DNA of 64,000 nt from Kiritimatiellia bacterium (lineage in GTDB: Bacteria; Verrucomicrobiota; Kiritimatiellia; RFP12; UBA1067): contig JBMNFY010000017.1 of the NCBI GenBank assembly GCA_050949565.1, positions 960,001 to 1,024,000 of the forward strand, in the 5' to 3' direction. Shown one piece after another: positions 38,447 through 47,289 of the stretch; position 1 is the first letter of the stretch, and every line of letters begins with the position of its first letter. The notes under the pieces were generated by a model. The model did no database searches, was not told the origin of the DNA, and worked only from the letters and a program-made list of their open reading frames with translations. Both the position numbers and the translations under genes were made by a program.

Positions 38447-39775
38447 ATGCGATTTGTTCTGAGATGCCTCTTTTGTTTCACCCTGTCTGCGGCTGTGGCC
38501 CAGACCGCGCCGGAACGCGCGGATACCCTGCCAACGGATGTCGCGCGCCTCAATGCGGCTTACCAGAAAGGCTTGACGACCATCGCTCAGGATTACAACG
38601 CCTCGCTTCAGCCGCTCGCGGAAAATTATGTGTTGGAGTTGCGACGGCTCTCGACACGCCTGAAGGAGGTCAAGGACACAGCCGGCATGGAGGCCGTGCG
38701 CAAGGAGGCCAACCGTTTCATGCAGGCGCTTAAGGCCGCGCCGGATGCCTTTGAGACCGTACCGGAACTCACCGACGAAGACGTGGTGGAGACCCCCGAG
38801 GCGTTGCGCGTGATCCAAGAGGCCTATGCGGCGCGCCGCACTGCGAACGATCTGGCACGTAACGAGAAGGTGGACACCCTCAGCGAAAAATATCTCGGCG
38901 GGCTGGACATGCTCCAGACGCGTTACACCTCCGACGGTCAGGCCGCCGAAGCTGCGGCTGCCAAAAAAGAAGCAACACGGCTGCGCGTGGCGAAGCAGCG
39001 TAAGGACTTCCCCACGCGCGCGTTGCAGGAGGTCGGGCTTGAGATCCGCCTCATGCCGCCCGTCCCGGACCTCTCCGCCGTCAAGGAGCGGCTCGACACC
39101 GCACCGGCCAGCGGCCCGCGCAATCTGACCGCGCGCGCCCTGAATGAACTCCCCCCCGCCATCCAAGCCTTTCTGATGAAGCCGCTGGAGTATGACAAGG
39201 AGTGGCCGCCGGAGATCACCAAGTGGAGCTATGAGGACACCGGCAACTACGCCCACGATTTCTCGCTCTACAAGATGCCCGGACAGCCTGACGAATTGGG
39301 CATCTTCGCCTATCCCAAGACGTTGCGCGCTTATGTGCGGGGTACCATCAAGTACAGTACCGTGAACTTCGACAACAAGGCACTGAGCTGGATGGGCAAG
39401 GCCATGTCGTTCCGACTCAATGACAGCCGCGACTTGGCCTGCAAGGTCATCTTCCGCACCCAACGGCCTGCGCTCAGCGAGGCAACCGGTCCCGCCGCCT
39501 GTGTCGCGGTTTACAGCATCAACGAGAACAACCGCCTGATCGCCTCCATGTCCGTGCCGATGCTGAGCGAAGAGACCGCCCTCCGCATGGCCAAGCACTA
39601 CTCCTACAACCGCATGAATATCGCTTGGGACGGCACCAAGCGTAAACGCGGCTTCACCATCCCCGACCACATGCCGATGCGGGTCTTGGTCGGCATCGTC
39701 GGCTTCGGGCCGGGCGAGCAGGTAGACGCCACCATCGAGATCCTGCCCTGTGGCCCGCTCGGCGACCTGTGGTGA
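38447..39775 (+). CDS. Exported hypothetical protein (coiled-coil N-terminus)
   Basis: RBS AGGAGG, signal peptide, coherent codon usage. Confidence 0.75.
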   Translation: MRFVLRCLFCFTLSAAVAQTAPERADTLPTDVARLNAAYQKGLTTIAQDYNASLQPLAENYVLELRRLSTRLKEVKDTAGMEAVRKEANRFMQALKAAPDAFETVPELTDEDVVETPEALRVIQEAYAARRTANDLARNEKVDTLSEKYLGGLDMLQTRYTSDGQAAEAAAAKKEATRLRVAKQRKDFPTRALQEVGLEIRLMPPVPDLSAVKERLDTAPASGPRNLTARALNELPPAIQAFLMKPLEYDKEWPPEITKWSYEDTGNYAHDFSLYKMPGQPDELGIFAYPKTLRAYVRGTIKYSTVNFDNKALSWMGKAMSFRLNDSRDLACKVIFRTQRPALSEATGPAACVAVYSINENNRLIASMSVPMLSEETALRMAKHYSYNRMNIAWDGTKRKRGFTIPDHMPMRVLVGIVGFGPGEQVDATIEILPCGPLGDLW

Positions 39776-39807
39776 CACGCGAAGCTCTTGTCCCCTCGCG
39801 TACAGGT

Positions 39808-39856
39808 GTGGCACGGGCATCTTGCCCGTGTTTCATGGGCGGGACGCCCATGCCAC
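39808..39856. repeat. REP doublet (GTGG family)
   Basis: GTGGCACGGGCATCTTGCCCGTG TTT CATGGGCGGGACGCCCATGCCAC. Confidence 0.85.
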
Positions 39857-39949
39857 GGGAAGCAAGAGACACGCGAAACATTACACGCCTGTAATTTTAT
39901 CTGATTTCCCTTTCCTTACTCCGCCCCGGATGCTACTATTCCGAATGCA

Positions 39950-40987
39950 ATGGCGAGCAAGAAAGTCAGGATCATTTACAGGAAAGTGCGGTGGCCGATC
40001 GAGTGGTTCCTCATCGGGTTGGCGCAGCTCATCATTCCACCTCTTTCCCTCGGAGCGTTGTTGCGCCTCGCGCACTGGATCGCCGACACCGCCTATCTGT
40101 TTGACCGCCGTGGTAAAGCCATTGCCGCAGCCAACCTGCACGTGATGTTCGGAGCGCGCATGACGCCCACCCGCGAACGGGCGTTGATACGGCGTTCCTA
40201 CCGCAACATGGCGCGTGTCATGGTCAACGTTTTCTGGATGTCACGCGACACCCTCAACCGCATCCGCGACCAAGTGTCTTTTGATCCCAGCGTGCTCGAA
40301 GCGCTGCACACCCACCGGCCGGCCATCACGGTCAGTGCCCACCTCGGCAACTGGGAGATTCTCTCGCAGGCGGTAGTCGCCAGCGGCATTCCGATCATGT
40401 CCGTCGCTAAACTGATCGGCTCGCCCGAAATGACCGCCCGACTGACCGCCATGCGCTCGACCATCGGCCAGCAGATCGTGCCGGCCGACGGTGCCCTGCG
40501 CCGCCTGATGTACACGCTCAAGCACGACACCTGCATCGGACTGCTGGTCGACCAGCACACGCACACCTGGGATGGCGGCACATGGGTCAAGATGTTCGGC
40601 CTGTCGGTCGGCATCTCGCTGGCTCCCGCCGCTCTCTCGCGCAAACTGCGCGTACCGATCCTCTTCGCCTGGTCGCGCCCGCTTAAGGACGGCCGCTATC
40701 GCATCGAGCCGGGCGAGATATTCCTGCCCGACCCCGCAGTGGATGACCAGACCCGCACCCAGCAGCTTATCGCAGCCTTCGAGCGCGTCATCCGCCGCCA
40801 CCCCTCGCTCTGGTGCCTTAACTATCGGCGCTGGAGACATATCCTGCCCGACGACGACCCTGCGCTTTACCCCTTCTACGCACGCCCACTACGGCGCACG
40901 AAAGCGGAAGAGGAAGCGGAAGAAAAGGCGGAGGAGGAGGCGGAAGGCGATCACCTCTTTTCGCCGAACGCGAAATCATCCAAGTAG
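39950..40987 (+). CDS. Lipid A biosynthesis late acyltransferase (LpxL/HtrB family)
   Basis: AHLGNWE, LLVDQ, E..IRRHP..W...YRRW. Confidence 0.85.
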   Translation: MASKKVRIIYRKVRWPIEWFLIGLAQLIIPPLSLGALLRLAHWIADTAYLFDRRGKAIAAANLHVMFGARMTPTRERALIRRSYRNMARVMVNVFWMSRDTLNRIRDQVSFDPSVLEALHTHRPAITVSAHLGNWEILSQAVVASGIPIMSVAKLIGSPEMTARLTAMRSTIGQQIVPADGALRRLMYTLKHDTCIGLLVDQHTHTWDGGTWVKMFGLSVGISLAPAALSRKLRVPILFAWSRPLKDGRYRIEPGEIFLPDPAVDDQTRTQQLIAAFERVIRRHPSLWCLNYRRWRHILPDDDPALYPFYARPLRRTKAEEEAEEKAEEEAEGDHLFSPNAKSSK

Positions 40988-43713
40988 TACACTGTCGCGC
41001 GCGTGGCGGTCGAGCAGACCCCCAGCCACTCCATCGCCTCGAATTTCGCATGCAACATGCGCAGTTCCGCCACCGTAGCCGGCGGCTGTCCAGCGCGGGC
41101 GACCGTCACCGACCACCGTCCCGCATCGCCGCTGCCGAGCGTGGCCGTCACCGTGACCTGCGCCCACGTGTCCACCGGCAACTCGGCGACCACGCGCTCG
41201 GCCACGCCGAGTACGCCGTCCGCGCGCGCAGTGCGCGTACGCGCGATGATCTTGCCGTCCCTGAAGACCAGGCAGGGACCGACGCGATAATCGTTGCCGC
41301 CCGCATCCGGGTAGTCGCGCCACTCAGTGTAAAACTCCGCCCCGGCGCCCATGCGAACCGCAAAACGGTTTTCGACCACCGTGTTGCTGAAGGCGCAGCC
41401 AAAGGTGAAATGCGGATTGTACGCATGCGTCAGCCCCGGAGCATCCTGAATCTTGAGCGACTGCTTGCCGGAGAACGCCACCTCGTCGGTCACAGCAATG
41501 CTGTCTCCCTTTTTCTCCACATACGTCGTGACATTCGGGAACGACACCTTCGGTGGCAGACCGTCGAAGTTTTCATCCAGCCTGCGAATCACAAAGCGCG
41601 GCGGCTCGGGTGCGAACCGCAGCGGCACCGGACGCAAGCGCGCGGCCAACTGACGCCAAGCGCGCGATCCGTAAACGCCTGCGCGTTCGGCATCAAAGGG
41701 CTGGAACCCGGCCTCAACTGCCGGCGACCGCCCACGAAAACGGAAGTCCCCGTTCGCGGGATCCTTGAAGCGCGGATCGGCGATCTGCGACTGCGTATCC
41801 TGTCCTGCCGCGCGCCACGCTTCCCATGTGCCGCCGTTGAAGGCATTGCTCGCGATACCGTTCGGATTCCAGTAGGTGTTGGCGTTGACCACCACATCGG
41901 TCACGGTGCTCCCATCGCTGGCGTAGCCCCGCCAAAACGCCGCCGACGCATTGTCCCAGTAGATGATGTTGTTGGTGATGATGACCGTCGTGTGCGGCTC
42001 GATGCGCGACCGCTGGATCTGTCCGTTCATGCTGAAGGCCAGGATGTTGTTGCGGAACACGTTCTCCTTGCCGTAGTGCTGATGAATGCAGCCGGTTTTG
42101 ACATGGTGTACGAGATTGTTTTCATAGACCATGCCAGCGCTGCCTTCGTCCGTGTAGAGGCCCCAGCCGCCCCGTCCGGTGTAGTCATACGAGTAGACAT
42201 CATGAATGTGGTTGTTCGAGATGGCGCTGCCCTCGGAAAGGCCCAGCGTGTAGGTGCCGCCCATGTCGCTCAACACACCCTGCCCGATGTGGTGGATGTG
42301 GTTGAAGGCAATCGTATTGCGGTGGGTTGCGGTCTCGCGATAGCCCCACGTCCAGCCCATCGAGACCCCGGTGTAGAAAAAGTCGCCGATGTCGTTGTGC
42401 GTCACCTGGACGTCACTGGCGTGCCCGATCCAGACGCCGGTCGCGCCGGGGAAGACACGCCCGCCGACTTGCAAAATGTTATTGTCGATGACGATCCGGC
42501 CGGTGAGCAGATCCGGCAACTCCTCTTTGCTCCACTTCGAGTCGCCCACCCGCACCGCGCCGCCGCCGATGTCGGTGACATAGCAGCGCGTCAGTTCGCT
42601 CTCGCGGCATCCTTTGCGGAACCAGACCCCGTGCGTGCCGATGTGCGAAAAGGTGCAATCACGAAACGCAACCCGCCGCACGCCATCCAACTCGACCGCC
42701 GCCGACTGCCTAACCGCCGCTTGGGCGTCGCCCTGGCCGTTCGCCGGCAACGCATACGCCGTGTATGAAAAAGCGAGCCCCTCGAAGGCAAGGTCAGTGA
42801 CCCAGCGCCCCGCCGACGCATCGCCCCGCACGTGCAGAAAGGCAGACGCCACCGGCGCGACCGCCTCGACGCGATCAACCCGCTCGCCCGGCAACGGCAG
42901 GTAGCTCAGCACGCCGTCGCCATCGAGGTACCACTCGCCTGCCTCGTCCAGCGCCTCGGCAAAATTCTCAAGCTGATAGCGCGGCAGATAGCTCTTCCAG
43001 TAGAAGTAGGGCCACGGCGTGCTGGCTGTCGCCACCACGCGCCCGTTGGCGTCCACCGCCTGCACGCGCGCCTGGCTCACCTCCCAGGCGTGAAACACGC
43101 GTACCACGACATTCGAAAGTTCCGCGCGGCTCTTGCCGACAAGCGGCGCGATGTCCGCGCTGTCCGCCATGAATGCCCGCCGCGAGAGATCCGCGACACC
43201 GCCGGTCAACGGATCAACCCCGTACGCCACCGGCGCCTGCATATAGTAGTAGAACGCATTGGGTGAACGCGCACGCACGGCGCGCCGGCCATTGATGAAA
43301 AGCTGCTCGAAGCGGAGCGACGGATCAATCCGCGCGCGCCACACCCCGTCCGCGCCAGCCTGAAAGCGCGGCAGACGCCGCCCGCCGAAAAAGAGCGGAC
43401 GCGCCCCACGTTCCGCCGCGTAACGGATCGGCGCACTGGCCGCGCCCGAATCCTCGGGGGTGAATTCAACCGGCGCGTCCAACGCATATTCGCCGTCCGC
43501 AAACAGAACCTCGTACGCCTCCTCACGCGCGCCCTGCGCACGACACTGACGAATGCGGTCACGCGCCCCTTGCAACGTCGCAAGCGGACGTGCGCGGCTG
43601 CCCTCCCATCCGTCATCACCCTTGGGCGACACATAGAGCGTCGTCGCCGATGCAAACGCCGCCGCAAACATCAGACCCGCACACACCGCAACTCTCGCGT
43701 CAACTCCCGCCAT
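40951..43713 (-). CDS. Secreted right-handed parallel beta-helix protein
   Basis: LYVSPKGDD..G...PLATL, SMGWTWGY, LSDMGGTYTLG, GLYTDEGS. Confidence 0.85.
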   Translation of the reverse strand: MAGVDARVAVCAGLMFAAAFASATTLYVSPKGDDGWEGSRARPLATLQGARDRIRQCRAQGAREEAYEVLFADGEYALDAPVEFTPEDSGAASAPIRYAAERGARPLFFGGRRLPRFQAGADGVWRARIDPSLRFEQLFINGRRAVRARSPNAFYYYMQAPVAYGVDPLTGGVADLSRRAFMADSADIAPLVGKSRAELSNVVVRVFHAWEVSQARVQAVDANGRVVATASTPWPYFYWKSYLPRYQLENFAEALDEAGEWYLDGDGVLSYLPLPGERVDRVEAVAPVASAFLHVRGDASAGRWVTDLAFEGLAFSYTAYALPANGQGDAQAAVRQSAAVELDGVRRVAFRDCTFSHIGTHGVWFRKGCRESELTRCYVTDIGGGAVRVGDSKWSKEELPDLLTGRIVIDNNILQVGGRVFPGATGVWIGHASDVQVTHNDIGDFFYTGVSMGWTWGYRETATHRNTIAFNHIHHIGQGVLSDMGGTYTLGLSEGSAISNNHIHDVYSYDYTGRGGWGLYTDEGSAGMVYENNLVHHVKTGCIHQHYGKENVFRNNILAFSMNGQIQRSRIEPHTTVIITNNIIYWDNASAAFWRGYASDGSTVTDVVVNANTYWNPNGIASNAFNGGTWEAWRAAGQDTQSQIADPRFKDPANGDFRFRGRSPAVEAGFQPFDAERAGVYGSRAWRQLAARLRPVPLRFAPEPPRFVIRRLDENFDGLPPKVSFPNVTTYVEKKGDSIAVTDEVAFSGKQSLKIQDAPGLTHAYNPHFTFGCAFSNTVVENRFAVRMGAGAEFYTEWRDYPDAGGNDYRVGPCLVFRDGKIIARTRTARADGVLGVAERVVAELPVDTWAQVTVTATLGSGDAGRWSVTVARAGQPPATVAELRMLHAKFEAMEWLGVCSTATRATVYYLDDFAFGEKR

Positions 43714-43715
43714 GA

Positions 43716-44195
43716 TTATACCTCCCGCTGATTCACCGCATCCAGCAGCAACGCCAGCGCATGTTCCGTCGCTTGGAGACGCACCGCATCGCGATCCCCC
43801 GCAAAGATTTTGTGCCCCGTACGCACGCCATCCGCCGCCGCCAAACCGAAGCAGACCAGGCCGACCGGCTTCTCCGGCGTGCCGCCCGTCGGCCCGGCGA
43901 TGCCGGTCACCGAGACCGCCAGATCCGTCCCCAGCCGACGGCGCACGCCATCCGCCATCGCGGCGGCGCACCTCTCGCTCACCGCGCCCGCCTGTTCCAG
44001 CACCGGCTCCGGCACACCGAGCAACGTCATCTTCGCCGCATTGGCATAACTGACGATACCCCCCAGAAAAACCGCCGAAGCGCCGGACACCGCCGTGATC
44101 CGCGCCGCGACCATCCCGCCGGTACACGACTCCGCCGTCGCCAGCGTCACGCCGCACGCAACACACCTCTCAACCAACCGACTCGCAAGTTCCAT
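43716..44195 (-). CDS. pncC: CinA C-terminal domain / NMN deamidase
   Basis: ATAESCTGG, GAS, YANAAK, GAVS, TGIAGP. Confidence 0.9.
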   Translation of the reverse strand: MELASRLVERCVACGVTLATAESCTGGMVAARITAVSGASAVFLGGIVSYANAAKMTLLGVPEPVLEQAGAVSERCAAAMADGVRRRLGTDLAVSVTGIAGPTGGTPEKPVGLVCFGLAAADGVRTGHKIFAGDRDAVRLQATEHALALLLDAVNQREV

Positions 44196-44249
44196 CTCTG
44201 CCCCCCTTAAAAAGCCAGATTATCATAGATCGCAACGCGAATGTCTACC

Positions 44250-44275
44250 CCCCAGACACGGAGGTCTGGGGCCAC
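44250..44275 (-). repeat. REP of the island family (GTGG-CCCCAGAC-CTCCGT-GTCTGGGG)
   Basis: GTRG tetranucleotide + 8-bp stem; homologous to 45923-45949, 47250-47276, 47614-47685. Confidence 0.85.
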
Positions 44276-44377
44276 GAGATGGAGGGCCGGGGCAACGAGA
44301 TGGAGGGCCGTGCGAGCCGAGCGCGTGTTGTATGTGTGCGCCGTCGGGCGCGGGCGTCCCCGCCGCTGAAAATTGAG

Positions 44378-44564
44378 CCTAAAAAGAGCAGTTGAACCTT
44401 CAACTCTCTTTGGTTTCTGGTTTCATGGTTTCAAGGTTTCATGGTTTCAAGGTTTCATCCAAATCGGGATCGGGATCGCTATCGGGATCGATTGTTTAAC
44501 CACGGAACACACCGAACACACGGAAAGGCATGGTTCTGTTTCCGTGTGTTTAGTGTGTTCCGTG
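44378..44564 (-). repeat. ~190-bp composite repeat, copy C
   Basis: Reverse complement of 10895-11085. Confidence 0.9.
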
Positions 44565-44695
44565 TGTTAAGTCACGGCTCCAGGTTAACACTTGGTTCTT
44601 GATGGTTGGTTGAACATTGATGACATAGGTCGCGGAGCCCAAGCCACCAATCACAAAGGCGACTGTGACGGGTCGCGCAACACCGTGCGCGCCCC

Positions 44696-44800
44696 GTCAC
44701 AGTCGCCTTTCGGCTGAATCGCTGTTTTGGACTGTAGCACTTTTTTAGGTGGTTTTACAAGGATTTTTTGATGATTTTCGGCGGTTTTCGGAGGCAGACG
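44696..44800 (-). CRISPR. Solitary CRISPR-like repeat (GTCCAAAACAGCGATTCAGCCGAAAGGCGACTGTGAC, 44732-44696) with AT-rich leader-like upstream sequence
   Basis: 37 nt, GTC start, GCC-GAAA-GGC hairpin, GTGAC end, A-tract leader, directly downstream of two CARF genes; no second direct repeat. Confidence 0.45.
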
Positions 44801-44829
44801 CCCCCCCAAAAAACCTCTGCGTCTCTGCG

Positions 44830-45909
44830 TTAAATAGACTCCGGTAGCGGCGTAGGCGGGATGCCGACCAGATCGACCGCCAGGCTAAAAAAGGTGCGTG
44901 CTTCTCTGGTGTTCGCCGGACGTATCGCGTGTGTCGCTTCGTTGCGGATGTCGCAGTACTTTTTGAGCTTGCCGCTGAAATTCGTGCCGAAGGGATGCCC
45001 TAAATCGTTGAGTATTTTGACGATGTTCTGGAGACCAAGCGTCATATCGCGGCCTTTGCCTTCGGAGACAAATGACGTGCGCAACCCATCGATCTGCGCT
45101 CTTTCGTAACGGCCATCCCCGTCGGGCTTGATTCCGGTCTTTTCTTCAAGAAAAAGGCGGGCGGCGTGTTCGAGTGCCTTGTAGGTCAGGCAGAACGAAC
45201 CGTCTGGATCGTCGTGGCGCAGGGCGTGATCCGACCATGCAAGAATATCGGCCACGATATCGCGCGGCGCACGATTCTCAAGGCGTTTGTCATAAGCCTT
45301 GGCGCGGTCATAATCGAAGCGTCGCCAATGGTGACAGGTGTAGGCGGTCGCCCACTCTTTGGCATGCGTCTGGTTGTGCGGCCTGAGAATGCGTTCGGCG
45401 GCGTAGAAGTCGCCCGCGTCAAAAAAGTCACGCGCAAGCACCAAATCCCGCTCGCGGAAATAACCGGCTGGGTTGAAGGCGGTGATGCGCTCGGTGCCGG
45501 TCTTGACGACGCCGTCGGCTCGATCGCCGGTGGTGAACACGATGTCGCCGATCTGTTCGTCGAGCGCGGCCAACGTGGCGGCGGCGGTCATCTGCTTGGT
45601 GCCGGATGTCGGGTTGACGAGCAGGCGCTCGCCCTCCTTCACCTGGCCGCGCACCCGGCGTATCACCGAGCGGATATGCTGCCGGGAGGATTCCAGGTCG
45701 TCCGGATGTTCCAGCGGGAAGCGCCCGCCGTACGAAGCGTGGCCTTCGGCGATCAGGTCGGCGATGGCCAGCGAGTCCGGCGCGGTCGAAGGGACGAGCC
45801 AGAACTTGCGGGGGTTGAGCAGCTCGAGCGTGCGGCGCAAGCCGGAGGCGAGGTCAGAGTGTCTGCCGGCTGTGCCGGTGCCGACGGTGAGGATGAGTAG
45901 GTTTGTCAT
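44830..45909 (-). CDS. CARF-HEPN CRISPR ancillary protein (TIGR02710/Csm6-like)
   Basis: LILTVGTG strand 1, VNPTSGTKQM CARF motif, C-terminal RNEATH (RxxxxH). Confidence 0.75.
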   Translation of the reverse strand: MTNLLILTVGTGTAGRHSDLASGLRRTLELLNPRKFWLVPSTAPDSLAIADLIAEGHASYGGRFPLEHPDDLESSRQHIRSVIRRVRGQVKEGERLLVNPTSGTKQMTAAATLAALDEQIGDIVFTTGDRADGVVKTGTERITAFNPAGYFRERDLVLARDFFDAGDFYAAERILRPHNQTHAKEWATAYTCHHWRRFDYDRAKAYDKRLENRAPRDIVADILAWSDHALRHDDPDGSFCLTYKALEHAARLFLEEKTGIKPDGDGRYERAQIDGLRTSFVSEGKGRDMTLGLQNIVKILNDLGHPFGTNFSGKLKKYCDIRNEATHAIRPANTREARTFFSLAVDLVGIPPTPLPESI

Positions 45910-45922
45910 GGGTGTTCCTTTC

Positions 45923-45949
45923 CCCCCGGACACGGAGGTCCGGGGGCAC
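45923..45949 (-). repeat. REP of the island family
   Basis: GTGC-CCCCGGAC-CTCCGT-GTCCGGGG just upstream of the RBS of the 45909 gene. Confidence 0.85.
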
Positions 45950-45970
45950 GAGAACGGGGTGACGAGATGG

Positions 45971-47232
45971 TTAGCAAAGCAGAGCCTCAAACTTCGTGAT
46001 GGCGTCGCCGAGATCCTTTTTCAGCTTTTCTGCCTTCCTGGCATTGTGGCTGTGGCCGCCGTGATTGATGTCGTTTCGCCCTTGCGTCAAAGTATCATAG
46101 TGCTTCTCCACCTCCGGATCGATTTTGTCCTTTAGTTTCTCGGCCAGTCCGCTATCCTCTTTCTTCCAAGAGCCGGTTCTCCAAGCGAGCAGCGCTGAAG
46201 TATATTCACGGCGCTTCACTTCATCTTCGCGTTTGGGGTAGAGCCTTTTCAGGTCAGCGACGAACTCCTGCGCGTAGTACGAGACGATCGTCTCCTGCAA
46301 AAGCGTGTAGCCTTGCGGGATCAAATCGTGCTCATACGCCCAGCGCGCCGCGCGTATGCCGTTTTTCAAATCTTTGTCCTGATACGCCGCGAAAACGTCG
46401 CCCAACCCTGCCAACACCGGCTTCAACTGCGGTAGCTCGCTACATTGCGTTGCCGGTCCCAACTGATTCAAAATGTTCGACTCGAAATTGAAATCCTGAA
46501 TATCTTTGCAACGGCTGGAATGAACCATCTGTGTGAACTTGTTAAGAGCGCCGGTTAAACTACGCAGCGCGAGTAATTCATCGGTGCGCGTCTCCTCTTT
46601 CGCGGCCAATGGTTTAGTGTCTTGCCAGGCGAGTCTGTTCAGATCGCCGGCATCGCCGAAGCGCTTGAAATCGCGGATCGCCTTCACCCAGTCATTAAGT
46701 TGAAAGAACGGGGTCAGGTCGAAGATCGGAGCGCGGCGATCAGCGGGATCGGGATACTCTTTCTCCACATCAGCCGCCCTGCCCAGCACTTCGAAGGCGC
46801 CGTAGTAGCACCCGACCAGCTTCGTGCCCTTTACGACTTCGAGGTAGTTGAGCAGCACGGACATTATCAGCGGCAGGGAGCGGAAGGAGTGGGTGACATC
46901 AAAAACGATCTCTGCCTCTTCGGGAATGTGTTCGTTGACCGTTTCAAAAATCTCCCAAAACTCTTCGACGCTGGAGCCGCCCGGTATGCCGACCTTCTCT
47001 GGCTCGGGCAATCCGTGCGTGTCAAATTCCGCGCATAGCTTCTGCCAATGCGTTTCCGCAGCATCCCGCGTACAGAAAATGAGCGTTTTTCTGCGCCGCA
47101 GGCTACAAGCTTGCGCATGGCGGTCTGCACATAGGTGACCACTCCCGAATCGCTGGCGGGGGCATCGGGCTTGAGATAGACACAGGGCTTATAGGTGCCG
47201 GTGCCGAGGAACGATACGTAGGTTTTTTTCAT
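45971..47232 (-). CDS. csx1: Csx1-type CARF-HEPN ribonuclease (TIGR02221-like), one-base frameshift at 47086-47090
   Basis: VSFLGTGTY, FDVTHSFRSLP, YYGAFE, PIFDLTPF, RNDINH; adding one A to the A5 run joins the two ORFs (AEKTLIFCT...). Confidence 0.8.
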
Positions 47233-47249
47233 GGTTGTTTCTCCTCTCC

Positions 47250-47276
47250 GCCCCGGACACGAAGGACCGGGGCTAC
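47250..47276 (-). repeat. REP of the island family
   Basis: GTAG-CCCCGGTC-CTTCGT-GTCCGGGG between RAYT stop and csx1 RBS. Confidence 0.85.
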
Positions 47277-47289
47277 GATAATGGGGTGG

